Shown here piece by piece: positions 9,987-19,064 of a stretch of DNA of 64,000 nucleotides. The translations under genes were made by a program, and so were the position numbers. Source of the DNA: an uncultured delta proteobacterium (GTDB lineage: Bacteria; Myxococcota_A; Polyangia; Fen-1088). The stretch's first letter is position 1. Every line of letters begins with the position of its first letter. Under the pieces are notes generated by a model. The model made no database searches and was not told the origin of the DNA. It was given only the letters and a program-made list of their open reading frames with translations. The stretch covers positions 128,001 to 192,000 of the forward strand of contig CAVYGB010000008.1 of the NCBI GenBank assembly GCA_963767925.1. Reading direction: 5' to 3'.

Positions 9987-11233
9987 CGGTGGTCGGGGGC
10001 GGTCAGGCGATCCAGGTGGGCGCGGATGTGGGCCGCCTCGGCGGCGGTGTTGGCGAGGGCGATGGCCCGGTTGAGCGCCTCCCGGGCCTCCTCCTGGCGG
10101 CCGAGCTGCATCAGCAAGGCGCCCTTGACCCCGAAGAAGTGAAAGTAGCCGGCGAGCGGGGCGGCCAGGGGCTCGATCAGCGCCAGCGCCGCCGCCGGCC
10201 CCTGCACCTTGGCCACCGCCACCGCCCGGTTCAGCGTGATCACCGGGGAGGGCTTCATGCGCTCGAGGGTGGCGTAGAGCAGATCGATCTGGGCCCAGTC
10301 GGTGTCCTGGGCCCGGGCCGCCCGGGCGTGAGTGGCGGCGATGGCCGCCTGCACCTGGTAAGGTCCCGGCCGCCGTTGGCCCATGGCCGCGTCGATCAGC
10401 GCGAGCCCCTCGTCGATGAGGGGCCGTTGCCAGAGCCCGCGGTCCTGCTCCTCGAGCAGGACGATCGCCCCCTGGGCGTCCAGCCGGGCCGGCGCGCGCG
10501 CGTGCTGCAGCAGGAGCAGGGCCAGCAGGCCCATCCGCTCCGGCTCGTCCGGGTACAGCCCCAGCAGCAGGCGGGCCAGCCGGATCGCCTCCTCGCACAG
10601 GGAGACCCGGATGTGAGCCTCGCCGCCGGTGGCTGAGTACCCCTCGTTGAAGACGAGGTAGATCATCGCCGACACGGTGGCCAGGCGGCTGTCCCGCTCG
10701 CTGGCGTCGGGGGCCTCGAAGGGGACGTGAGCGTCGCTCACCCGGTGTTTGGCCCGGGTGATCCGCTGCTCCATCGCGCTGTCCCCCACCAGGAAGGCGC
10801 GGGCGATCTGCTTGACGGTCAGCCCCGAGACGATGCGCAGGGCGAGGGCGATCTGCTGGGTGGCCGGCAGGTCGGGGTGGCAACAGATGAACAGCAGCCG
10901 GAGGATGTCGTCGCGGTAGTCGGCGTCGTCGAGCTGCTCGACCAGCGCGGCTTCGTTGTCGTCGCCGTCCGCCGGCCCCTCGTCGTCGGGCAGCGGCTCC
11001 TGTTTGCTGCGCCGGCGGGCGGCGTCGATGGCGGAGTTGCGGCCGACGAAGATGAGCCAGGCGGCTGGATCGCGGGGGGGACCGCTCCGGGGCCAGGCCT
11101 TCAGCGCCGACAGGCAGGCCTCCTGGAAGGCCTCCTCGGCCGCGTCCAGGTCCCGGAAGTAGCGCAGCAAGGCCCCCACCACCCGCGGGCGGGCCGAGCG
11201 CAGCGCCAGATCGATCCAGCCGATCTCGCTCAC
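9977..11233 (-). CDS. ECF42-type RNA polymerase sigma factor with C-terminal TPR extension
   Basis: AEEAFQEA, DDILRLLFICCHP, QRITRAK, YLVFNEGY, GPYQVQAAIAA; GTG start overlaps the YciI stop. Confidence 0.9.
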   Translation of the reverse strand: MSEIGWIDLALRSARPRVVGALLRYFRDLDAAEEAFQEACLSALKAWPRSGPPRDPAAWLIFVGRNSAIDAARRRSKQEPLPDDEGPADGDDNEAALVEQLDDADYRDDILRLLFICCHPDLPATQQIALALRIVSGLTVKQIARAFLVGDSAMEQRITRAKHRVSDAHVPFEAPDASERDSRLATVSAMIYLVFNEGYSATGGEAHIRVSLCEEAIRLARLLLGLYPDEPERMGLLALLLLQHARAPARLDAQGAIVLLEEQDRGLWQRPLIDEGLALIDAAMGQRRPGPYQVQAAIAATHARAARAQDTDWAQIDLLYATLERMKPSPVITLNRAVAVAKVQGPAAALALIEPLAAPLAGYFHFFGVKGALLMQLGRQEEAREALNRAIALANTAAEAAHIRAHLDRLTAPDHRYS

Positions 11234-11628
11234 CGGAGCGCGACCCCCGGCAGATACAGCGACACCGGGCGCACCTCGTAGGCCCCGCCCGGGTTGGCCT
11301 GGGCCAGCTCCCGGGCGACCGCGAGCGCCTCTTCCAGGGTGGCGCAGTCGAGGGTGTAAAAGCCGAGGAGCTGCTCCTTGGTCTCGGCGTAGGGCCCGTC
11401 GGTCACCAGGGGCGGCTCGAGGCTGGCCTCGAGCCGGCGTCCCTTGCCCGACTTGCGCAGAGTCGTGGCGGTGGTGGTCGCCATCAGCCGCATGGTCGGG
11501 CCGAGCTTGCCGGCGGCGGCCAGCTTCTCGTGCACCACCGCCAGCCGGGCCATCACCTGGTCGTCCTCCTCCTTGCTCCAGGAGCCGACGATCTCTTCGT
11601 TGTTGTAACACAGGAGGGCATAGAGCAT
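11230..11628 (-). CDS. YciI/DGPF family protein
   Basis: VTDGPYAETKEQLLGFY..YEVRPV; the usual ECF42 partner. Confidence 0.9.
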   Translation of the reverse strand: MLYALLCYNNEEIVGSWSKEEDDQVMARLAVVHEKLAAAGKLGPTMRLMATTTATTLRKSGKGRRLEASLEPPLVTDGPYAETKEQLLGFYTLDCATLEEALAVARELAQANPGGAYEVRPVSLYLPGVALR

Positions 11629-11649
11629 GGGTCCATCGTCCTTTCGTAG

Positions 11650-11676
11650 GACGACGGAGTATGGTCGGCGCCGACA
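11650..11676 (-). promoter_or_regulatory. Putative ECF42-dependent autoregulatory promoter
   Basis: TGTCGG-N17-CGTC just upstream of the YciI RBS; resembles the reported ECF42 consensus TGTCGA..CG(A/T)C. Confidence 0.5.
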
Positions 11677-11737
11677 GGCTCCCGAAAAAAACCGCCCCCG
11701 CCGCGCTGCCCGGTCCGCGCCAACGCTCGGGGGTCTC

Positions 11738-12130
11738 CCCAGCCGGGCATCGACCGCGCGCGGGGCCCCCGCGGGGTCCACGTCCCGGAACACGACCAGC
11801 ACGTAGGCGCTGGCGTTCACCTCGGTGATGCTCCCCTGGGCGAGAGTGACGTCGAGGCGGTGCTGCCGGCGGCGCCCGACAACCACGTGATCGAAAGAGC
11901 GGCGCTCGACAACCGCCGGCACCGCGACGACCTCGCCGGGCAGGTCGGGGCGGGTCTCGGTGGGAGCTGGCGGCGAGGCGAAGCCGTCGAGCAGGTGGCG
12001 CCGGTCGCGCCCGCTCAGCTCGGTGCCGCGCCGGCCGCCGAAGGGGTCGACCCGCAGGTCCCGGTCGGCCCGGGCCCGCCGGAGCGCGCCGCGGGGGGCG
12101 CTCCAGTGGCCCGGCAGGCGGTCGATTGTG
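11738..12130 (-). pseudogene. Internal fragment of a large (possibly CHAT-domain-associated) protein
   Basis: Protein-like stretch RRRQHRLDVTLAQGSITEVNASAYVLVVFRDVDPAGAPRAVDARLG with no credible start or own stop; family assignment is from recollection only. Confidence 0.35.
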
Positions 12131-12395
12131 ACAGCGCCCGCTCCCCCTCGTCGTCCGCAGGCAAAAGCCCTGGTAGGAGGTGGGGGCGGGCGGTCGCGGC
12201 GGGGTGGGACGGTTGGCCCGGGGCTGCGGCGGCGCGGTTGGTGCTTCCGTTCCTGGCTGGCGCGGCGGGCACGCGCGGCACGCATGGGGACCCCCTCTGG
12301 TTCGGTAATCCAGCGAACGCCCATCGGACAGACCCGCCGGGCCCTTGATGGTCGCGCGCGGGGGTCAGATTGCGTAGTCTGAGGGCCCTACCGCG

Positions 12396-13025
12396 ATGGC
12401 AACTCTATCTCGCGCGCTGCTGTTCCTGGCGCCGTTGCTGCTCGGCAGCACCCGCGCCGAAGCCCAGGGTCGGGTGCAGGCCGACATCCAGCGGGCGCTC
12501 ACCGAGCTGCAGGTCGAGGACCGGGTGCAGCGGACCCTGGGGGCCATCGCCGCCCAGCACGTGGTCAAGGGCCGCTGGCGCTTCAGCCTGCTCGACCGCA
12601 CCGAGCTGCGCTGGTGGCAGCGCGACCTCGAGCCGGCCATCCCCCACCTGGTCCAGCTCCTGGACGACGACTCGGGCCTGGAGTGGATCGACGGCAACGG
12701 CATGACCGAACGGGTGACCACCCCCCGCAAGGAGGCGACCCTGGCCCTGGTGGGGCTGGAGCGGGCCTCGATCGGCCCCCTCATCGCGGCCCTCGATCGC
12801 CCCGGGCTGACCCGCAAGGCCGACCTGGTCCTGCGGGAGATCGTGGGGCGGGGCCCAGCCGGCGCCGATCAGGCGAGCTGGCGGGCCTGGTGGCAGGCGC
12901 ACGGCTCGGAGCCGCTGCCCCGGGAACACGGCCAGCTCTGGAAGGCGGCGCTCGCCGTGCTCGCGCTGGGCGGTGGCCTGTCGCTGGTGATCTGGCGCCA
13001 GCGCAAGGCGGCCGCCGCCGCCTGA
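12396..13025 (+). CDS. Hypothetical exported protein with C-terminal membrane anchor
   Basis: Signal peptide (..TRAEA), helical HEAT-like core, C-terminal TM followed by RQRK. Confidence 0.7.
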   Translation: MATLSRALLFLAPLLLGSTRAEAQGRVQADIQRALTELQVEDRVQRTLGAIAAQHVVKGRWRFSLLDRTELRWWQRDLEPAIPHLVQLLDDDSGLEWIDGNGMTERVTTPRKEATLALVGLERASIGPLIAALDRPGLTRKADLVLREIVGRGPAGADQASWRAWWQAHGSEPLPREHGQLWKAALAVLALGGGLSLVIWRQRKAAAAA

Positions 13026-13047
13026 TCGCCGGGGCGGGCCGGGCCCG

Positions 13048-13290
13048 TCACAGCCGCTGAAGCTTCACCGTCCGGGGCGCCGCCCCCCGGCGACTTCACG
13101 ACGAGGGATCTCCCGGCCCGGGTCGCCGCGCAGGGCGGCCGTCACCGCCAGCAGGTCAGCGCCCGCGAGCTTCTTGCGGTCCACCTCCAGCACGGCGTCG
13201 CCGGCGCGCAGCCCGGCCCGGGCGCCGGGCGCGTCGGGCTGGACCGCGCTGATGACGACCGCCGTCGCGCTCGCTGAAGCTCAGGCCCAT
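13048..13290 (-). pseudogene. Stand-alone PDZ-domain gene or fragment with frameshifts
   Basis: AGGAGG RBS + ATG (MGLSFSERDG); shifted frame gives VVISAVQPDAPGARAGLRAGDAVLEVD..ALRGDPG, a PDZ signature; ends ..RTVKLQRL* after further shifts. Confidence 0.55.
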
Positions 13291-13386
13291 CGTCGCCTCC
13301 TTCGTGACGATAGGCTAACAGGCTGCGCCTGCCCGGTATGTCAGGGCCATCACAGACCGGACTGGCAGGAGGGATAATGTGAAGCC

Positions 13387-14315
13387 GTGACAACCGGCCG
13401 TTCGACCCGATCGCGGAAGCCGGCCCCGGTGGCCGAGGGCGGTCCCACCCCGGTGTTGCTGTTCGACGGGTTCTCCCTGCTCTACCGGGCCTTCTTCGCG
13501 CTTCCCCCATGAACACGGCCAGCGGCGAGCCGACCTCCGCGCTCTACGGCCTGTGTGTCCTGGTGCTGAAGCTGCTGCGGGAGACCCGCCCGCGGGGCGC
13601 CGCCTTCGCCCTCGATCGCCCGGGACCGTCGTTGCGTCGGGCGGCCTTCGCCGGCTACAAGGCGAACCGGCCGGCTGCCCCGAGCCCGCTGTCACGGCAG
13701 GTGGCCCGCCTGCCCGAGGTGCTGGCCGCCTTCGGTTTCCCCGCCTACTCCGGCGCCGGCTACGAGGCCGACGATGTGCTCGCGACCCTGGCCCGCGAGC
13801 TGCGGGCTGTCGGGGAGGCGCCGCTGGTGGTGACCGGCGACCTGGATCTGCTCCAGTGCGCGATCGGGCCGGCGCGGGTCCACGTCGTCGGGCGGGGCAG
13901 CGAGGGCCGCACCTACGACGAGGCCGCGGTCTGGTCGCGCTTCGGCGTCGCCCCCCGCGAGCTGCCCGACTGGAAGGCGCTGGCCGGCGACGTGACCGAC
14001 GAGATCCCCGGTGTCCCCGGCGTCGGGGCTCGGACCGCCAGCGCGTTGGTCCGCCGCTTCGGGAGCGTGGCGGGGCTGCTCGCGCGCACCGACGAGGTCG
14101 AGTCGGCCCCGCTGCGCAGCGCCCTGCTGCAGCTTCGCGAGGAGCTGCCGCTGTGGCGCGAGCTCACCCGGCTGGCCGAGGACGTGCCGTTGCCCGAAGG
14201 CCCGCGCTTCGGCCCGCTGTCCGGGGACGCCCGAGCCCGGACCCGGGCGCTGTTCGAGGCCCTGGAGTTCCGGACGCTGATCCCCCGGCTGGACGCGCTC
14301 GCGCCGCCGGCCTGA
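13387..14315 (+). CDS. 5'-3' exonuclease / flap endonuclease (Pol I N-terminal-like); frameshift near 13505
   Basis: VLLFDGFSLLYRAFFALP in one frame joins MNTASGEPT..YKANR..YEADDVLATL..TGDLD..LAGDVTDEIPGVPGVG (H3TH) if one C is added to CCCCC. Confidence 0.85.
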
Positions 14316-14321
14316 GCCGGC

Positions 14322-14534
14322 TCAGCGGCGGCGGGGCGGCAGCCGGCCTTCGGGCGCTGGCGCCTCGCTGGCCTGGCCCTGGGCCTTCTTGACCTCGTCG
14401 AGCAGGGCGGCCAGGGCGTCCGGGCTGAGGGCGATCGTCGCCTTCAGGTCCATCTCCGGAGCGTCGTCCTCCGCGACCGGCGCGGGGGTCTCCGGGACGG
14501 CCGGACGCTCGCTCGCTGCGTTAAGCTTGGCCAT
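14322..14534 (-). CDS. Small hypothetical protein
   Basis: 70-aa ORF with GC-biased codons; no recognisable motif. Confidence 0.4.
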   Translation of the reverse strand: MAKLNAASERPAVPETPAPVAEDDAPEMDLKATIALSPDALAALLDEVKKAQGQASEAPAPEGRLPPRRR

Positions 14535-14619
14535 GGAGGAAAGGTGCATCTCGCGACGGGGATACGCCGGGGAAAAAATGCGCTCGGGACCACGGGCTAC
14601 CGCCCAGGTGCGACGCCGG

Positions 14620-15588
14620 TCACGGATCGACGAGGAAGTCGACGATCGCGTCAAACAGCTTCAGCGCGTCTTCCGTCAGGAGGTTCTCGGTGGGGCTGTC
14701 GCGCACGAAGAAGAACCCGCGCTTGGCCGGCGCCTCCTCGTCGTTCGCCATCTCGTCCCCCTCGTCGTAGACGAACATCGCCACCTCGTTCGCGTTGCCT
14801 GCGACGGTGGCGATCCGCTCCGCCTCCGGGCCGGGCACGCCCCAGCCGATGTCGAAGGCGACGTTGAAGATGGTGACCGTCCCGCTGAGGCCCGCCGTCA
14901 AGCCGGCGCCGGCCGCGGCCAGGATCGCCACCTGGGTTCCGTCGGTGGTGCCGTGATCGGTGCCGGCCGCCGAGGTCAGGTTCAGAAACGGCTCCAAATT
15001 CTCGTCCATCGCCAGCAGGGGCACCTCCAGCTCCGCCGCCTCGGGCAGGGACATCATCGTGTTGGCCAGGGAGGTGCTGCCGCTCAGGAGCACGGCGCCT
15101 TTCCCCGCGGTGTCGGCCTCGCGCACCACCAGGTCGGTGCGGACGGTGACGGTGAACCCGCGGCTGGTTAGCCGCTCGATCATCGTCATGTCGCTGAGGA
15201 ACATCGCCACCGATCCGGTGACGAAGAGGATCTGCTTGTTCGGCGCACCGCCGGTGTCGGGCGGGCCGGCGTCCGGCGGGGGAGGGGGCGGCGGCGTGGG
15301 CGCTGGAGCCGGCGGCGCCGGCGGGGGAGCCGGGGGAGACGGCGGCGGGGGGGGGGCCCGATCGGGGGGACGCGCGTCGGGGGCGCGTCCGGGGCCACCT
15401 CCGGTTCCGGCCGCGCCCGGCGCACCGGAGGATCCACCCGCGCCCCCCACGCCCCCGGTGCCGGGGGTCGCCGGGCGGGCGTCTCCGCTTGCCCCGCCGA
15501 GGCTAGGCCCGATCGGTTTCACCGATGCCGGGGAGCAGGCCGCCACGATCACCAGCAACAGCGGGGCTCGCAACCACCCGTACTTCAT
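14620..15588 (-). CDS. Putative lipoprotein with Gly/Pro-rich linker
   Basis: Lipobox VAAC, GG/PP linker, about 200-aa globular C-terminal domain. Confidence 0.75.
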   Translation of the reverse strand: MKYGWLRAPLLLVIVAACSPASVKPIGPSLGGASGDARPATPGTGGVGGAGGSSGAPGAAGTGGGPGRAPDARPPDRAPPPPPSPPAPPPAPPAPAPTPPPPPPPDAGPPDTGGAPNKQILFVTGSVAMFLSDMTMIERLTSRGFTVTVRTDLVVREADTAGKGAVLLSGSTSLANTMMSLPEAAELEVPLLAMDENLEPFLNLTSAAGTDHGTTDGTQVAILAAAGAGLTAGLSGTVTIFNVAFDIGWGVPGPEAERIATVAGNANEVAMFVYDEGDEMANDEEAPAKRGFFFVRDSPTENLLTEDALKLFDAIVDFLVDP

Positions 15589-15868
15589 GTTTCGTGTTTA
15601 ACACGGGGCGAGCGGCCTCCCACCCCGGAACCCGGCCGCATCGGCGCGGCCGACGCGTCGGAAACCGTTGTCGTGCGCCGGTGACCGCCGGTCCGCGCAC
15701 CCCGGGCCAGTCCCGAATCTGCCGCTCGGGTCGCATGACCCGGCGCGCAGCCCGGGCCGGGCCCCTTGCCGAGTAGACCTTCGGACCCATTGTCTGCCGG
15801 CAAGAAGGCCGGTGTGCAGCAATCGAGGACCCGCGGGTACGGCCGCCCGCTGAAACGGGCGTGTTCAC

Positions 15869-16114
15869 ATGACTCAGTACTGGCTCATCATCTTTGCAAC
15901 CCTCGGTCTGGCGATGACCCTCATCGCGCTCGCCGGCCTGTGTTTCGTGGCCGGCCTGCGCTGGGCGATGGTCGAAGGCCGCTGGAGCCGGACGCGCGTG
16001 GAAGCGCTGTCGGCCAGCGCGCGTCTCTGGCTCGGCCGCGGCCGCTTTCTGCTCGCTCGGATCATCGGCCGCAGCCCCTGGCCCGTGACCCGCGGCTACC
16101 GTTACCGCGCCTGA
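15869..16114 (+). CDS. Small membrane protein
   Basis: 81 aa, strong N-terminal TM, Arg-rich tail. Confidence 0.5.
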   Translation: MTQYWLIIFATLGLAMTLIALAGLCFVAGLRWAMVEGRWSRTRVEALSASARLWLGRGRFLLARIIGRSPWPVTRGYRYRA

Positions 16115-16704
16115 GCGGCCGACTTCATCGGGGTGGGCTGCGGTGAGCCCGGCGCCCCGGGACGGCGCTCGAAGACCAGCGTGGAGGTGTCCTGATAGGT
16201 CGCGGTTCCTGCTGCCACGAAGCCACACTTCTGCGCCACCCGGATCGAAGTCAGGTTTTCAGGGGCGATCAGGCAGACGATCCGGCTGCTTCCGAAGCGG
16301 GTCTCGCCCCAGGAGAGGGCGGCGCGCATCGCCTCCGTCGCATAGCCGCGGCCGTGTGACCAGGGCGCGAGCACCCAGCCCGCCTCCGGCTCACCGTTCA
16401 GCGGGGGCTGCAGGTCGCGCTTGAAGTCCGCGAACCCGACCTCGCCCACCAGGCGGCCGGAGTCCTTCTCGATCACCACCCAGAAGCCGTAGCCCTGCCA
16501 GCACCAGTGGCCCACGTAGCGCAGCAGGCGCTGCCACACCTCCTCCCCCGACTGGGGCCGCCCACCGATGTGCCGGGTGACCTTCGGATCGCCCCACAGT
16601 GCCTGGCAGTCCGGGTAGTCCTCCTGCCGGTGCGCGCGCAGCAACAGCCGGGCGGTCTCGAGGCAGGGGATGGCGATCGTCGTGGCGACGGGCGGTATCG
16701 ACAT
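16102..16704 (-). CDS. GNAT family N-acetyltransferase (RimJ/RimL-like)
   Basis: LETARLLLR, GYGFWVV, PEAGWVLAPWSHGRGYATEA, NLTSIRVAQKCGF. Confidence 0.9.
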   Translation of the reverse strand: MSIPPVATTIAIPCLETARLLLRAHRQEDYPDCQALWGDPKVTRHIGGRPQSGEEVWQRLLRYVGHWCWQGYGFWVVIEKDSGRLVGEVGFADFKRDLQPPLNGEPEAGWVLAPWSHGRGYATEAMRAALSWGETRFGSSRIVCLIAPENLTSIRVAQKCGFVAAGTATYQDTSTLVFERRPGAPGSPQPTPMKSAAQAR

Positions 16705-16772
16705 GGTCGGCTCCCGCCCCCGAACATGGCACAGGTCGCCCGGGTGATGGGCAGCGCCGGCCCTTCCGACCG

Positions 16773-17117
16773 TCAGATGCGGCGGAGCTCGCGGCCCAGG
16801 AAGTAGCGGCTCGCCGCCCCGCCCACCCGGCAGAGGGCGTGAATGGTGAGCGCGTGGATCAGCACGGCCAGTCCCCAGCCGAACATCGGCCAGACGAACC
16901 ACAGCCGATCGGGCGCCTGCGAGAGGTTCAGCACCGCGAGCAGCGCGATCACGAGGGCGTAGGTGCCGGCGTGGGCGTAGAGGCCGAGCTTGGCCCGGGA
17001 TCGGGCGCGCTCTGACTCCTCCTCCTCGAGGTCCCCGGGCGAGGACTCGGCCCAGTAGGGAACGCCGTACGGCACGCTCGGCTCGCTCCTGCGTCGAACT
17101 TCCAACTGTCTCATCAT
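16773..17117 (-). CDS. 2TM domain-containing protein
   Basis: GLYAHAGTYALVIALLAVLNL..WFVWPMFGWGLAVLIHAL. Confidence 0.75.
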   Translation of the reverse strand: MMRQLEVRRRSEPSVPYGVPYWAESSPGDLEEEESERARSRAKLGLYAHAGTYALVIALLAVLNLSQAPDRLWFVWPMFGWGLAVLIHALTIHALCRVGGAASRYFLGRELRRI

Positions 17118-17217
17118 GGCTCTCCTCCCGCCGCCCACGTACGGCACGTCCTGTGTCGGCCCACACCGAATATGAGTCCGGCGGGAGGCGCATCCATCGG
17201 GAACCGTCCTCAGACGG

Positions 17218-18192
17218 TCAGCGCCGGCGCGGGGTGGCAGCGGCGAAGGTCCGGAGCTGGCGGCCGACCAGCGCCTCCAGCTCCTCGAGCTGGTCTCCGG
17301 CGATCAGCAGGACGTCGGCCCCGCCGGCCAGGGTGCGCACCGCCGGGGTGACGCGGGCGTTGGTGATGAGCCAGACCGCGTGACAGCCGTACGACTCGCG
17401 GGCCGCTTCGGCCTGACGAATCATCCGGTTCGTCGCGGCGGTGTCCGGACCCTTGAGCTGGACGACGACCTTGCGCCCGCGCCAGGAGAACAGCAGGTCG
17501 GCGCCGTGGGGGCCGGTCAAGGGCCAGGACGACACGTCGGTCACTCCGGCCGCCTCGAGCAGGGCCGCCACGTGCAAGGCGAGCTGGGTGGCGGTCATGG
17601 TCCGGAGGGCCGCCGGATCGCGGACCGGGCTCCGGGGCCGGTGCTCGTCGAAGTACGACTGGAACCGCCCGCTGACCGATTGCGTGCGGCGCCGGCGCCG
17701 GCCACCCTCCGGCGGCGGCTCGTCGCCCGGCTGCTCGTCCAGGCGAGCCGCGATGGCGGCGTGGGCCCGGTGGCGCAGGTTCTGGAGCTCGGCGGGGGCG
17801 TCCCGGTCGTCCCAGTCGCGCAGGCGTTCGCCCGGCTCGGGCCGATGGCGGCTGGTTTCGGGCAGGAAGTAGCGCAGGAAATCCACGGTCGCGTCCGCGG
17901 CTTGCACCGGGCGGGCCTGGATCATCCCGGCCAGGCGAGCCAGGTAGGTCTTCAAGGCCGCCTCCTCGGATCGTTGCGGCCGCTCCCGGCTGAGGGCCAC
18001 CAGCCGCTCCGCCGTGTCGTCGGCGCCCGGCTTGCGGGCGAAGCTGCGCATCGCCCGCCGGGCTACCGGCGGCACCTCCACCCCCAGCGCCGCCGAGAGG
18101 CGCCGCGGCCGCCCTGCGGTGGCGCAGGCGGCGCGCGGGCAGAAGTTCGCGTCCGGCTGGTACTTCTTTCCGCAGCCCGAGCAGACCTTCAT
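17218..18192 (-). CDS. Zinc-ribbon + Mrr-like restriction endonuclease domain protein
   Basis: N-terminal CSGCG..NFCPRAAC; C-terminal GADLL..VVQLK..AVWLITNARVT (Mrr_cat D..QxK). Confidence 0.65.
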   Translation of the reverse strand: MKVCSGCGKKYQPDANFCPRAACATAGRPRRLSAALGVEVPPVARRAMRSFARKPGADDTAERLVALSRERPQRSEEAALKTYLARLAGMIQARPVQAADATVDFLRYFLPETSRHRPEPGERLRDWDDRDAPAELQNLRHRAHAAIAARLDEQPGDEPPPEGGRRRRRTQSVSGRFQSYFDEHRPRSPVRDPAALRTMTATQLALHVAALLEAAGVTDVSSWPLTGPHGADLLFSWRGRKVVVQLKGPDTAATNRMIRQAEAARESYGCHAVWLITNARVTPAVRTLAGGADVLLIAGDQLEELEALVGRQLRTFAAATPRRR

Positions 18193-18488
18193 CGCGAGCG
18201 AGCCCCGCGCTGCAAGCAGCGCCGGCAGCCCGCCCGGTTGGCCGCGCGGTCCATCATGGTCAGCGGTCGACATCCCGGTCAAACACCGATCTACCGAACT
18301 GCAGTCTACCGTGACCCGGCCCGGCGAGCGATCCGGCTCAGGGTTGTGCCGGCGATTCCCGGAGGTGTCGGCGGAGGTGGCAGGTCGGGGCTCGGCGCCG
18401 TTCCAGGTCGGGCCGCGAGACGAAGGCCGGCATCAGGCCCACGCCAGGCACCATCTGGAAGCGCAGGTGCCCGCGGGCCGGGAGGCGG

Positions 18489-18827
18489 TCAGGAACCGAG
18501 CGGCCCGCGGGGGTGCGTGCTGCTCGATTCGGAGACCACCCGGGCCAGGCGGGGCCGCGCCGTGCGCTTGACCCGTTCCAGGGTGCGCGTGATCAGGCTC
18601 CGGATGCGCAGGAGGAGTCGTTCGGCCCAGGCGAACTCGGTCGCCAGGATCGCCACCCCGAACGGGATGACGACGATGGCCGGTCCGGGCAACACGATGA
18701 GGACGATCCCGAGCGCGACGACACACCCCCCGGCGATCGCCACCGCCACCTTCCGCAAGATCCGGAGCAGCGGACGGCAGGTCAGACGCTTCGTGACGGT
18801 ACTCCCGGGAGCGAAGCGGCCGCTCAT
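18489..18827 (-). CDS. PGPGW-domain membrane protein
   Basis: GIVLIVLPGPAIVVIPFGVAILATEFAWA. Confidence 0.85.
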   Translation of the reverse strand: MSGRFAPGSTVTKRLTCRPLLRILRKVAVAIAGGCVVALGIVLIVLPGPAIVVIPFGVAILATEFAWAERLLLRIRSLITRTLERVKRTARPRLARVVSESSSTHPRGPLGS

Positions 18828-19014
18828 CGATCCCTTCCTACGCTTCCTGCTGCAACCGGGAGACGCTTCGACATACCCACCAAGTTAACCATCAACATAG
18901 TCACCGTGACTTGATGAGGGTAGCAGTCAGACACAGGTGAGGCTCGTGAGCAGCCCTCGAAAGAAGGGAAACCACCGGTGTCCGGGCGGTCGCGGCGGAC
19001 GATCGGCGATCGCG

Positions 19015-19058
19015 ATCGACCGACAGATTTTTGGCGGTGAAAATCCGTCGATCGGATC
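19015..19058 (-). terminator. Possible terminator-like hairpin after the Ser/Thr kinase
   Basis: CGAC-A-GATTTT..AAAATC-C-GTCG imperfect inverted repeat just past the stop at 19065; no clear U-tract. Confidence 0.3.
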
Positions 19059-19064
19059 TCAAGC

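Noticed and set aside
18910..18985. Hammerhead-like TGATGA..GAAA
   Set aside because: Core begins TTGATGA, stem II is out of register with the core, and no proper stem III is present.
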